Of a stretch of 64,000 nt of DNA, positions 10,915 to 21,441 are shown piece by piece (position 1 is the first letter of the stretch; every line of letters begins with the position of its first letter). The DNA is taken from NCBI GenBank assembly GCA_918797485.1, contig CAKKNE010000006.1:2728001-2792000 (forward strand), written 5' to 3'. The notes beneath the pieces are model-generated. The model saw nothing but the letters and a program-made list of their open reading frames with translations. It was not told the DNA's origin and searched no databases. The DNA comes from Pelagomonas calceolata. Its lineage: Eukaryota. Made by a program: the position numbers and the translations under genes.

Positions 10915-12174
10915 CTACTTAACCACCCTATCCCACGACTTCGGCGCGTTCGCCCTCGCTTTGGGAGCGGTCTCGTCGCCCGTGACCCGCCGGATCTGGT
11001 TCTTGATGACGGTCTCGTAGCCTAATGACAAATCGTTCGCTTCGGAAGGGCGCCCCGTCCTTGTATCGGGATCCCAGACGCACAACGTGTCGAGCTGCTC
11101 GAATCTTGAATGAAACGGTGAAGTGGGGTCCACGGCGAACGGAACGTTGCACCAGCTCCAGTTCAGCGACGCCAACCAACTACCCCAGACAAACAGCGCG
11201 ATGGCGCCCCAGTAGGGCCCCGAGACGGCGGGCGGTGCCAGGAGCGGATTCACAACCTTCGGCTTTTGCGACGCGGTCCAGGGCGCCAGCACGGAGGCGG
11301 AGAACGGCTCCCCGGTCGTCCGGGTCTCGAGGGCCCTCGACAATTCGGCCGCCTCGCTCACGGTCCCAGCAGGTGGGAGAGCGTCCAGTGCCGCTTTAAG
11401 GCTCGCCTCGTCGGGAGCCGCACCTTCGCCCGTCGTCGCGTCTATAATACGACTCTTCGACGCGTCCAGCGCGACGGCCGCGAGCCTCGCTACTGCCGAG
11501 CGAGACCCCCCAAATCCTTGTTGCTTGGCCTTAGGGTCGGCCGCCGCCAAGGTTATGCTGCGCTCCGTGTCCACAACGGCCGCCGTTTGCGCGCGCATCG
11601 TGTCCACGTCGAGCCGGTAGTAGGGGCCGCCCTTCAATTCTCCTGTTCTCAATATTGTCGCAACAGCGTCGCCGCAGTTCTCGAGGCAGGCCGTCTCGGC
11701 CTCCGCCCACGCCTTCGACTCGTCGCCTATCAAAGCCAGCGCGTCGTTCGGCTTGCCGATGCGGCCGTAGAACACGACGTGCTGCGCGCCCGAGACCGCA
11801 GCAGCACTCACGAGGCTCGCGACGTCGTCGGCGTCCGGCGCCTCGTCCGTCGCGATCACCAGCGCGTCGACGGAGCCGCCCGCAAAGGGCCGCGCGTCGG
11901 CGGCGAGCGTGCGACCGTCGTCGTTCGTCGCCAGGAACAATTCCTCAGGTGCGAGCGCGGCGAGGTCGACGCCCGGTGCTCTTCTCAGTTCATTGCAGAC
12001 GCTGCGGCCCGTGAGGCAGCCGGCACCCGCGACGAGGACCACACGGTCGGAAGCCATCGCGACGACGGCGCAGCGACGGCGTGCGCGTGCTGGTCTGGCT
12101 CTGCGGTGCCCCAGAGGTGCACGCAGCGCCGCCGAGAGCACTGCAAATGCTGCGAGGCTGAAGAGCCGCATCAT
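10915..12174 (-). CDS. NAD(P)-binding Rossmann-fold protein, probably plastid-targeted
   Basis: Signal peptide plus Arg-rich transit-like segment; VLVAGAGCLTG; TILRTGELKGGP; C-terminal TM. Confidence 0.7.
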   Translation of the reverse strand: MMRLFSLAAFAVLSAALRAPLGHRRARPARARRRCAVVAMASDRVVLVAGAGCLTGRSVCNELRRAPGVDLAALAPEELFLATNDDGRTLAADARPFAGGSVDALVIATDEAPDADDVASLVSAAAVSGAQHVVFYGRIGKPNDALALIGDESKAWAEAETACLENCGDAVATILRTGELKGGPYYRLDVDTMRAQTAAVVDTERSITLAAADPKAKQQGFGGSRSAVARLAAVALDASKSRIIDATTGEGAAPDEASLKAALDALPPAGTVSEAAELSRALETRTTGEPFSASVLAPWTASQKPKVVNPLLAPPAVSGPYWGAIALFVWGSWLASLNWSWCNVPFAVDPTSPFHSRFEQLDTLCVWDPDTRTGRPSEANDLSLGYETVIKNQIRRVTGDETAPKARANAPKSWDRVVK

Positions 12175-12364
12175 TGCTAATTATTTGCGGTATGCGATGC
12201 AGCCGTAGGCTGTGGTATCCAGCAAAAGATTCGAGACAAAAGTTGTGCTAGCGTAGCATTGATGCTAGCGCTCTCAGACGCGTGCCGCGCGTGCCTAGCC
12301 GTACGCAACGCAGCAATAGCCAAACGGCAGTCGGACACCTTGAATGCTCATGCGAACCTAATAT

Positions 12365-13960
12365 ATGGCTCCACTGCGACTGCTGTGGTGTTTGTGCACG
12401 ATTCAGGCGAGTTTAAGACCCCACAACGCAGCGCCTCCAGGACCGACGCGTCCAGCAGCGCACGAGTCGTCATCCAGCCACGAAAAGCGGCTAAAGGAAG
12501 ACTCGCTTGGCTCAGTGTCGCGCCCTGCATTCTCAGCTTTCGCTTCTCTGCCGGGACCACCGACCGTCGCCGCGACACCGAAAACTGACCTCTCAAACGC
12601 GACCGAACCGTGCATTCTGACCGGTCTCGTCAACGCGTTCGAAGGCATCCCCGACGACCTCCTCACAAAAACCGGAGGTAAAGTGCGAGTCGACATCTGG
12701 CCCGTCGACGGCGGCCCGTGCCCGGCGAAGGACGGCGGAGTCATCATAGGACCCACTTTGGTTCCAGTGGCCGCGGACCGCGTGCTGCCGTTGCTGCGAG
12801 AGACGCAACGGGGCTACCACGCCTACATCCGCCACCTGGACCTCAACTCCTTCCCGGACGTCGCGGACCGCTTGCCGCTCAAGCGCGCGAAGCGGCTCTG
12901 CGGGCCCCGAATTAAGTCCGCCAACCTATGGCTCGGCGACGGCCGCGTGCAGTCGGCCGTGCACTGGGACGGCCACGACAACCTGTTGCTGCAGTTGGAA
13001 GGGCGGAAACGGGTCCTGCTGCTGCCGCCCGACGCCGTCTCGGTGCTCGGCTTTCGACGGTTCCAGTACCACGCCTGGTGCCTCTCATCGGACGAACTGG
13101 ATACGATTGGTCGCGGCGGATCTATGGCCCCGGCATTCTCTGAGCACGAGCATTGCAAGGCGGACGTGGAAAACCACTGCACCTTCGACGCTTTTCGTGC
13201 GACGGCGACATTACCGCCATCAATCGAAAGGCGAGCGTACCTCGCGGTCCTGGAACCAGGCCAGGCTTTATTTGTACCGGCATTATGGCACCACGCCGTG
13301 GCGAGCGAGCCAGATCCGGCTTCCGGTTTGAATTGCGCCGCGAACCTGTGGTTCGTCCTCGGAACTGCTGCCCACGACGCAGCTTTACGAAAGACGCCGG
13401 CCTGGCCCGAGGCGTTATTTTGCCTGGCGGCCGCGAAGCGCTCGCTCGGCGACCCGCGGGCCGCGGTTCAGGCGTACGAACGCGCTCTAAAGCTGCGGCC
13501 GGCGATGACCGACGCCAAGCACAACCTCGCGGCCGCCTTGGCCGAGGCCGGCGACCTCAAGGCCGCCGTGGCCCGGTTCGAAGCGAACGTCGGCGGCGAT
13601 GCAGCCGAGGAAGCGCGGCGGCTCTCCGGTTTAGGCGTTGTATATAAACGCCAAAATCGTCTTGAGGACGCCGCCGCCGCCTTCGACGCTAGTCTACAGC
13701 TCGTGGAGGACTCGCGGACGATGGTGTACCGGGGCAACGTCGCGGCGCTGCTGGGCGACCTTCCCGACGCGGAGCGGCGCCTCGCGGCGGCGGCGGCGGC
13801 GGCGTTGAAGCCCCGCGACAGGGCCGACGCCCTGAACTCGCGGGGCGTCGTCCTGGAAGCGCTCGATCGTCCTGGAGACGCTGCGGACTGCTACGACCGC
13901 GCGCTCGACGCGGTCCCGGGCCACGCGAAGGCGCGGGCGAACCGCGACGCGCTCCTCTAA
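12365..13960 (+). CDS. JmjC (cupin_8) 2-oxoglutarate dioxygenase with C-terminal TPRs
   Basis: NLWLG...HWDGHDNLLLQLEGRKRVLL, LEPGQALFVPALWHH; TPR-like helical repeats. Confidence 0.85.
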   Translation: MAPLRLLWCLCTIQASLRPHNAAPPGPTRPAAHESSSSHEKRLKEDSLGSVSRPAFSAFASLPGPPTVAATPKTDLSNATEPCILTGLVNAFEGIPDDLLTKTGGKVRVDIWPVDGGPCPAKDGGVIIGPTLVPVAADRVLPLLRETQRGYHAYIRHLDLNSFPDVADRLPLKRAKRLCGPRIKSANLWLGDGRVQSAVHWDGHDNLLLQLEGRKRVLLLPPDAVSVLGFRRFQYHAWCLSSDELDTIGRGGSMAPAFSEHEHCKADVENHCTFDAFRATATLPPSIERRAYLAVLEPGQALFVPALWHHAVASEPDPASGLNCAANLWFVLGTAAHDAALRKTPAWPEALFCLAAAKRSLGDPRAAVQAYERALKLRPAMTDAKHNLAAALAEAGDLKAAVARFEANVGGDAAEEARRLSGLGVVYKRQNRLEDAAAAFDASLQLVEDSRTMVYRGNVAALLGDLPDAERRLAAAAAAALKPRDRADALNSRGVVLEALDRPGDAADCYDRALDAVPGHAKARANRDALL

Positions 13961-13992
13961 TGTGATTTTTGTAAAACACGACAACGTTACAT

Positions 13993-15225
13993 TCAGTATG
14001 GGGCGGGCGACGGCGAAGGCGTCACGACGGCTGCTGCGGCGCCGACGACGACGCGCTCCGCCTCTATCAAAACGCCATCGTCCTGGCGGCCGTAAGAAAC
14101 GCAGGCCCAGTCGTGCACCGCGTCGACGCCCAGCGCCGCGACGGGCGGCAATGCGCGCCTGTCCAGGAGCACCAGCCTCGCCCAAGCTCTCGAAGCATCC
14201 GCCAGCGCGGGCCTCAAAAACGGCGGCAGCGCGCTCGACGGAAGGGGCGCCTTCAGTGGCTTCTGAATCGCCGCCGACCTATCATGGGCGAAGCACGGCC
14301 CACCGTACCAGCGCGCCCAACTACCGTCGTCCCACCGCTCCTTGTGGGCGCACCACTCGAACGGCCGCCGCGCCGGCGTATGAGATGCGCCGAAGAAGAG
14401 GGAGAGACGCAGCTTCTCCCGCAGCGCGGCGCCGCCGTCCGCCTGCACCGACGAGAAATCGACAATGGTTACGTCCGGGGGCGCCTCCAGCAACGAGAGC
14501 GCGTCCAGGTGCTTCTCCAGAGCCGTCCAGCCGAGGCGCCAATCGACGATGCGCGCACACGCCGCCTCGTCCAAGTTACTAAGAGAGGCCATCTCCGTGC
14601 AGCGCACGTCCCCCAGAATCGATTCTTGGACATCCGGCCACAGGCAGAACGGGTGTAATAAACATAACCGTGCGGCGCCCTCTCCAAGTTGTGAGTAGTC
14701 CCGTTCACATTTCATGCGTCTCCAAGCATCGCGCCATTGAGTGGATGTGACGCGGCGGCCGTCGATAGATGAATCCTCCGGCGTGAAGTGTGGTGCTAAG
14801 GCGCCGCTGTCGACGCGGTCCAGCATCGACACGAGGCGGCTCTCGAGCTGCAGCCGCGGTTGGCGCACGACAACGACCCACCACCTCGCGATCGCGCTCC
14901 ACAGTTCGATCGTCGCGGGTAGAACCTTATTGGACACCTCCTTGACGAGGATCGTCGTCGCGTTGGTCGAGGCCTCCAAGACCGCGCGGAAGACCGGCTC
15001 GATCCTATTCGAGCCGTCCGGCAGTCCTAATAAACTGGGCTCGTTGACCTGGGCGTCGAAAGGTAAAGCTTCGTACAGGAAACGCTCCGTCGCCGTCGTG
15101 CCGCCGCGCGGTAATCCCAAGACAAAGACGATGCGTAGCGTGCCGGCGTCGGTGCGCTGCTTCAGGGCGCGGAAGGACGGCGCCTCGCTGGCTAGCTTTC
15201 TGGCGGCGGGCGTGAGGGTGTCCAT
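13993..15225 (-). CDS. Sulfotransferase-like P-loop protein
   Basis: VFVLGLPRGGTT, NEP, LVKE, VVRQP...LES. Confidence 0.6.
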   Translation of the reverse strand: MDTLTPAARKLASEAPSFRALKQRTDAGTLRIVFVLGLPRGGTTATERFLYEALPFDAQVNEPSLLGLPDGSNRIEPVFRAVLEASTNATTILVKEVSNKVLPATIELWSAIARWWVVVVRQPRLQLESRLVSMLDRVDSGALAPHFTPEDSSIDGRRVTSTQWRDAWRRMKCERDYSQLGEGAARLCLLHPFCLWPDVQESILGDVRCTEMASLSNLDEAACARIVDWRLGWTALEKHLDALSLLEAPPDVTIVDFSSVQADGGAALREKLRLSLFFGASHTPARRPFEWCAHKERWDDGSWARWYGGPCFAHDRSAAIQKPLKAPLPSSALPPFLRPALADASRAWARLVLLDRRALPPVAALGVDAVHDWACVSYGRQDDGVLIEAERVVVGAAAAVVTPSPSPAPY

Positions 15226-15681
15226 CTGGCTGCTCTTCACCCTGCCGCGCGTGTTGTTGCGGCGGCTACGTTGCTGCGGCTACGTTGTTGCGGCGGCTAA
15301 GAGCGTCGACCGTCCCGCGCGGCGTGGCAGCGATGCTGTCACAGCCCTTGGCTGATTTGGGGTCCTGTGGCCGCGGATTTCGAGCGCTGCAGGCACAGCT
15401 CGTGAACTGAGGCTCCAACGGCCTGGGGTCTCCTATTAATTGGCACGAGCGCAGCGATACAACCCGTGAAACGCTGCCCTGGGAAAAAGCTGAGCTAGCG
15501 TATGGACATACTAGAACACAAACAAAAACGCATCGAGGCGTTCATCGCTGCTAAAAACCAGCCCCGTTGGGCGCAAGCAGCGGCATTCGTGCTCCCGCGC
15601 TGCTGCCGATCATCTGAGACACGCGTCAGCTCTCCATCCACCAGCCTGCAGAGGCGATACAGCTGCACGCCAGTCGCAGCG

Positions 15682-16914
15682 ATGGCCGACGACGATAGCA
15701 AGACCGTCGAGGGCGCGCCACAAGTAGAAAACACCTGCGCCGGCTGCGGGTTACCGGCGAAGATGGCCTGCCCCCACTGCGTCAAAATCAAGGCCAGCGA
15801 GCCGCAAGACTTCTCCACTGATTATGGAGTGGCCTACTACTGCGCCCAGGACTGCTTCAAGAAGCACTGGAAGACGCATAAGGCGCAGCACAAGCCCTGG
15901 GCCGCCGCTGTGGAAATTGCTACACCATTACCAGGAGGCAACGAACGGATGCCATCCTGTTTCGACAACTACCAAGGCTGGACCGGTTCGTTGCGACCCT
16001 GGGCGCGGCCCGCCGTCGACGATACAAGGGCTAGATTATTGCGACTGCCGGCTTCGGTCCAGAAGCCGGACTACGCCGGTTCAGGGCAACCCTACTCCGA
16101 AATACTTGATAAGAGGAACCGGACCGCAAAAGTGTATACGCCGGAGCAAATCCAAGGTATTCGCAAGGCTTGTAAAATAGGGCGGGAGGTCTTAGATGCC
16201 GCGGGTCGAGCCGTGAAGGTCGGTGTCACGACCGCGGAAATCGACCGCGTGACGTATGAGGCGACGGTGTCAAGGGGAGCCTACCCCTCACCGCTCAACT
16301 ACTACAACTTCCCCTGTGCCGTGTGTACGTCCGTAAATGAAGTCATCTGTCATGGCATCCCGGACCTACGACCGTTGCGGGACGGCGACGTCGTCAACGT
16401 CGACGTCTCGGTGTTTTACCAGGGCTACCACGGCGACCTCAACGAGACCTTTGTCGTCGGTCAATGTTCCCCGCAGAATGTTGGGCTTGTGGAGACGGCG
16501 TTCCGGTGTTTAGAGGCGGGCGCGGCGTTGATACGACCCGGTACGATGTATAGGGATATAGGCTCAAATATTGAAAGAGTAGCAAAGAAGCGAGGCTGCC
16601 AGGTCGTCAAGACCTACTGCGGTCATGGGATTGGGGAATTATTTCACACGGCGCCGAACGTGCCGCACTACAGCAAGAACAAAGCTGTGGGAGTGATGAA
16701 GGCCGGCCACATCTTCACGATCGAGCCCATGATCAACCTGGGCGGGTGGCGCGACCGGACCTGGCCCGACGACTGGACGGCGGTGACGGCGGACGGGTCG
16801 AAGTCGGCGCAGTTCGAGCACACGTTTTTGGTGACCGAGGACGGCTACGAAATATTGACGATGCGCGACGGCGAGCCGCGGATGGCCTGGGACCTGACGA
16901 AGCAGCAGCGGTGA
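15682..16914 (+). CDS. METAP1: Methionine aminopeptidase 1 (cytosolic type, N-terminal zinc finger)
   Basis: CAGC..CPHC..YCAQDCFKKHWKTHK; YPSPLNY, SVNEVICHGIPD, GYHGDLNET, GHGIG, FTIEPMIN, SAQFEHT. Confidence 0.97.
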   Translation: MADDDSKTVEGAPQVENTCAGCGLPAKMACPHCVKIKASEPQDFSTDYGVAYYCAQDCFKKHWKTHKAQHKPWAAAVEIATPLPGGNERMPSCFDNYQGWTGSLRPWARPAVDDTRARLLRLPASVQKPDYAGSGQPYSEILDKRNRTAKVYTPEQIQGIRKACKIGREVLDAAGRAVKVGVTTAEIDRVTYEATVSRGAYPSPLNYYNFPCAVCTSVNEVICHGIPDLRPLRDGDVVNVDVSVFYQGYHGDLNETFVVGQCSPQNVGLVETAFRCLEAGAALIRPGTMYRDIGSNIERVAKKRGCQVVKTYCGHGIGELFHTAPNVPHYSKNKAVGVMKAGHIFTIEPMINLGGWRDRTWPDDWTAVTADGSKSAQFEHTFLVTEDGYEILTMRDGEPRMAWDLTKQQR

Positions 16915-17005
16915 GTAAACTTAGGTTCTAGTATGGGGCGCCACGGAGGGTGCCCGGTCGATATCTCGGTCGATCGATGCGACAGCACTGGCGGGTCTTT
17001 TTTGG

Positions 17006-18270
17006 CTAATCATCTTCAAATGTATTCGATCCCTGCCCCACGATGTATATCAAATTGAGCATCAGAGTGTACCAGATGAGATACGCAAAAAAACCGGCCA
17101 TTCCCCAGCCGAGCCCGCCGCACTTACTCCGGCCCGCTTTCGCACGCTGCAGGAACCTCACGACTATGGGCGGGACGGGGGCAAAAATGATTCCAAGTGA
17201 TTCGGGCCATCCCTGAGCCACGTAGGTACCAGAGACGCCAACGAACACCGTGCCAGGAATCGCGAGGACGCAGACGAGTTTGACGGCGTTTAGGATTCGT
17301 TCGTCGGCGTCCGTGACACGCACTCTTGCATTTTCTTCTGCCTCTTTGCGCGTGCGTTCGTCGAGACCGTGTCGAAATGCGAGGTCATCGATATCTAACA
17401 AAAAAACAACCGCCACGGTGTTCAGGCACACGTCCTTCACTCGACCGCCGTCATTCAGTACAAGCGCCACGACTGACAAGATTACGTTTGGAAGCATTAT
17501 ATAATACCGCGCAAAGTTCAGGCCACGTATGGCGAAGCGCCAGCCGCTGCTGACTTCTCGTCGCTCTGATACATCTCGCAAGGCGATCTCGCACAACATA
17601 GCATCACGTATCTCTGCAAACACGGCGAATGCGACGACCAGCGAAGCCAGGCCGAGGGTGAGCCAATCTTGAATCATCATCGAGTCGACTCGATCCCTCA
17701 CAGCGTCCCCATAGTGCTCGAAGCCTTTATCCGTCGTGCACGTGGCGCACATATTCTGGCTCCCTTTTTCGTCCCAGTAGCATTTTTCGGTCGAGTCGGC
17801 ATCGCAACAGTGCTCCCACTCACTTTCGCACCATTCGCACAGCCCCTCATCGCAGAAATTACCGCGGGGGCAATCTGAGTTTTCGCCTGTGCATTCAACC
17901 AGTGAGTTGGGCGGCAAAAGGTGATTATGCGCTGTTGTTCGCTGCACGTGCTTAAGTTAACCCCGATGGCGAATCCACTGGTGACGAAGCACTGCAGGAA
18001 TACAATTCCGATCGATATAGTTAGGAGCCCGTACTTGCGCCGCGGCGGCGTGTCCTCCCGAACAAGTCCGTAGTAAATCGTGGTCTGGTGGAGGCTGTGC
18101 GGCTCGCGCGTCGCGAGGCGGTGCAGCGTCGCACGTATCGTGTCTTCGTCAGGCGTCTTCGCGGGCGTGCGATTCGTGATCTCTTGGTCGCGCGGCGGCG
18201 CTGCCTTTGTCTCCTCGGCCTCCACATCCTTTTCTTCTGGAGCTACTTTACTCACGCTGCGGGCAGCCAT
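17006..18270 (-). CDS. Cys-loop ~7-TM family protein, paralog 1; exons 18270..17943, 17886..17006 (402 aa)
   Basis: Aligns by eye with four neighbours; the spliced junction gives TCS|ENSDCPRGNFC, matching TCSEHSECTRGNFC of paralog 5. Confidence 0.85.
17887..17942 (-). mobile_element. Introner-derived GC-AG intron, 56 nt
   Basis: Imperfect 8-bp TSD GCGAACAA/GCGAAAAC; + strand CTGTGCATTCAACCAGTGAGTTGGG resembles the other introner ends; removal restores frame and paralog alignment. Confidence 0.8.
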
Positions 18271-18581
18271 GCCCAGCCGTCGCGAGGCGTGGTCCCAGGC
18301 CTTCGGATTAATTGATTAGTCGTCGGCAGCATCTATGTAGCGCTCGCCAGCAGCGCTGCCCGCGGCGCCGCGCAAAATCCAGAGCATGAGCGCGTACCCT
18401 AATTGAATTGAATTGAGCAGGTGGAAGGGACGTCCTCTATGTCTATGTATATTCGAAAATCTTAAGAGTAGGGTCATGGGTAAGTCCCAGATAATCAGAC
18501 CCAGGAACCTGGCCAGAGCGCGCGCGGCCGAGTCCGATGCGACATCAGATCCGTCGACGTCGACGCGCGAAATCGCGTGAG

Positions 18582-19763
18582 CTAGTCATCATCAAACATT
18601 CGCTCACCGTGAGCTTGGAAGAATAGCAACATGTACAACAAATGGGCCCATACGATATACACGAACCACTCGGCAAATCCCCAGCCGATCCCGCAGCAGG
18701 CCTCCTTGAGTTTAAGGCCACTCGATTTCATACGTTGCACGAACACCGCGACAATGGCCGGTAGAGGGGCGAGCAGTATCCCGCATTCGTCAGGATCGCT
18801 CGCGACCATGCCGTAGCCGCAGACGCCACCGAAAATCGCGCACGGGATGAGGACCACACATATCAATTTGACGAGGCCCATTGTTTGCAGGTCATCTTCC
18901 GTCACGCGTGCCCCTGAATGAACATGTTCCTCCGCTTCCATCCGCGTGCGTTCGCCGAGACCGTGCAGAAACGCCAGGTTATCCACCTCTAAGAGGAACA
19001 GAACTGCCACCGTGTTAAGGCACACATGCTTAACTGCCCCGCCATCATTAAGTACGAGCGCCACGACTGAATTAACTATACTTGGAAGCAGCAGAAAGTA
19101 GCGCGCAAAATTCAGGCCGCGGATGGCATATCTCCAGCCTCGTGGGACTTCCCGCCGCTTTGATATTTCTCGCAAGGCGATCTCGCACAACATGCAGTCC
19201 CGCATCTCTGCGAACAGGGCAAATGAAACGACTAACGAAGCCAAAAATAGCGTGACCCAATCTTGTATTAACATCGCGTCGACGCGATCCTTCACAACGT
19301 CCTGAAAAATTATCCATCCTTTGCTGCCCGTACACGCGGCGCACATATCTTCTCTATCGATGCCGTCCAGCCAGCAGGTGTCTGTCGAGTTGGTGGTGCA
19401 GCACTCTTCATGGATTGATTCGTAGCACCAATCACAAATCCCTGAATCGCAGAAATTGCCACGTGAAGTGCAATCGGAATGTTCGGCGCACGTGAAGTAA
19501 TAGATACCAGTGCTTAGTCCGGTGGCGACGAAGCACTGCAGAAATACAATTCCGATCGACGCGGCCAACAGGCCGTACTTGCGCCGCGGCGGCGTGTCCT
19601 GGCGGACAAGGCCGTAGTAAATTGTGGTCTGATGAAAACTGGTGGGCTCACGCGTCGCGAGATGGTGCAGCGTCGGCGCGTGAGGCATCATCCCGAGCGG
19701 CGCTGCCTCTACATCCTTGGCGTCGTCTCCTGGACTCACTTTACTCACGTTGCGCGCAGCCAT
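18582..19763 (-). CDS. Cys-loop ~7-TM family protein, paralog 2
   Basis: MAARNVSKVSP; REPTSFHQ; 10-Cys loop; CLNTVAVLFLLEVDNLAF. Confidence 0.85.
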   Translation of the reverse strand: MAARNVSKVSPGDDAKDVEAAPLGMMPHAPTLHHLATREPTSFHQTTIYYGLVRQDTPPRRKYGLLAASIGIVFLQCFVATGLSTGIYYFTCAEHSDCTSRGNFCDSGICDWCYESIHEECCTTNSTDTCWLDGIDREDMCAACTGSKGWIIFQDVVKDRVDAMLIQDWVTLFLASLVVSFALFAEMRDCMLCEIALREISKRREVPRGWRYAIRGLNFARYFLLLPSIVNSVVALVLNDGGAVKHVCLNTVAVLFLLEVDNLAFLHGLGERTRMEAEEHVHSGARVTEDDLQTMGLVKLICVVLIPCAIFGGVCGYGMVASDPDECGILLAPLPAIVAVFVQRMKSSGLKLKEACCGIGWGFAEWFVYIVWAHLLYMLLFFQAHGERMFDDD

Positions 19764-19961
19764 GCCCACGCCTCGGATTGATCGATTAGTTTCGTTGGGG
19801 CAGCATCTGCGACGAAGCGCGCACAGCGCCGCGCAGCGCCGTCTCCTGCCAGGCTCTGGCAGCCCGAGCAGATCCCGAGCTGGCCGGACGCCGCGCACCT
19901 CCGACCCCCTACGAGCCGTACTCGGAGCTCTGTTCAACAACTACCACATAACTAGACTTAC

Positions 19962-21176
19962 CTAACTTGCTTTTTCGTCGTGTTCGTAGTTCGAGACCCC
20001 GGTAATCACCGGAAACGAGAAGAACACGTAGTAGTACACGATCCACCCAAACAGTCCTCGGGCAAATCCCCAGGCGAATCCCCGCCATCGGTCCTTCGCC
20101 TCATGGACCGACTGGACCAGGGCAACGACCATGCACGGGAAGGGCGCGCAGACGCCGACAATGACCCACGGGTCGCTTGATCCGACGCCGCCCAGGATCG
20201 CCATGGGAATAGAGAACACGCACACCGTCTTGATGGCATCGACGATGCGCGCCTCGTTTTTAGTCAAAAGTATTCGGCCGTGCTGCTCGGCTTCTATCCG
20301 GAGCGACTCGTCCAGGGCGTGCGTAAAGGCAAGATTGTCGAGCTCCACAAGGAACAAAATTGCCACCGCGTTCAAGCAAATCGCGATGGAATTACCTGTC
20401 TCGACCACCACGAGTCCCATGACGCATCCGATGATGTAGGGCGCCAGCGCGAAAAGACGCAGATAGTTCAGCGTGTGCAGGGCCCATGGCCAGGCGCGAC
20501 CCACTTCGCGCTCGTCGCAGATTCTCTGCAGGGCGAAGCGGCACAGCGTCGCGTCGCGGATCTCGCCGAAGACCCCGTAGCTGACCACGACCGCCGCGAG
20601 GAGCAGTGCCGCCCAATCGTGAGGCATCATGGCGTTGATGTTGTCTCGGAGTACGGGCCTGTAGTTGATGAATTCCCCGCCGTCGTTCGTGCAGGCGTCG
20701 CACATGCCCGGATTCACGTCGACGTCTATCCTGCATTCCCCACCAATGCGCGTGGAGTTCCCGCAGCACTCGCGGTTGTCCCCGCCCTTGCACTTGTCGC
20801 AAAACCCGCCGCCAGTCGTTTTGTCCCTCTTGCACCACATGCCGCGAACGCAGTCGTCGTGGTAGTTACACGTCCGGAAACTGGAGCCCCAAAAAATCCC
20901 AATGGCAACGAACGCCTGGAGGGCCACGATTGCGTAGCTCGCGGCGAGCAGCTTGTACTTCAGCCGCGGCCCGCCCGTGTCGGACACGAGCGCGTAGTAC
21001 ACCGTCGCCTGGTGCAGCGAGTTCGGGTCCCGCTTCGCGAGCTCGTGCAGCGTGGCCTGGTCGGGCTCCGTCTCTAGCCTCCGAACGCGCCGCTCGACTG
21101 CCTCGAGGTCCAGCAGCGGCGCTTCCGCTTCCTTTGTGTCCTCGGCTGCCGGACTCACCTTCTGAACAGCGGCCAT
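19962..21176 (-). CDS. Cys-loop ~7-TM family protein, paralog 3 (most divergent)
   Basis: MAAVQKVSP; RDPNSLHQ; 10-Cys loop; CLNAVAILFLVELDNLAF. Confidence 0.85.
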   Translation of the reverse strand: MAAVQKVSPAAEDTKEAEAPLLDLEAVERRVRRLETEPDQATLHELAKRDPNSLHQATVYYALVSDTGGPRLKYKLLAASYAIVALQAFVAIGIFWGSSFRTCNYHDDCVRGMWCKRDKTTGGGFCDKCKGGDNRECCGNSTRIGGECRIDVDVNPGMCDACTNDGGEFINYRPVLRDNINAMMPHDWAALLLAAVVVSYGVFGEIRDATLCRFALQRICDEREVGRAWPWALHTLNYLRLFALAPYIIGCVMGLVVVETGNSIAICLNAVAILFLVELDNLAFTHALDESLRIEAEQHGRILLTKNEARIVDAIKTVCVFSIPMAILGGVGSSDPWVIVGVCAPFPCMVVALVQSVHEAKDRWRGFAWGFARGLFGWIVYYYVFFSFPVITGVSNYEHDEKAS

Positions 21177-21441
21177 ACTGGCGATGCGCGTAGCAGAATT
21201 GCAGTTCAGGGAGCCAATGTCTTCCGGATTGATCGTTAGTCGTCGAGCAGCATCTGTGCAGCGCCACGTGCCGGCGTCAGGCGCGCTGCGCATCCAAATC
21301 CAGACCAGGGACCCTATTTGAATGGAATTGAATTCAGGCTTCGAAAGGCGCCTTCGATGACTAGTTATATTCCAGAGACTTAGCAGTAGGGTCATGGGCG
21401 AGTCCCAGATAAAATTGACCCCTGCAGCAAGGCCGCGTCGG

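Noticed and set aside
17698..18270. Paralog 1 as a frameshifted pseudogene
   Set aside because: A 56-nt GC-AG intron restores frame and exact paralog alignment (pending RNA evidence).
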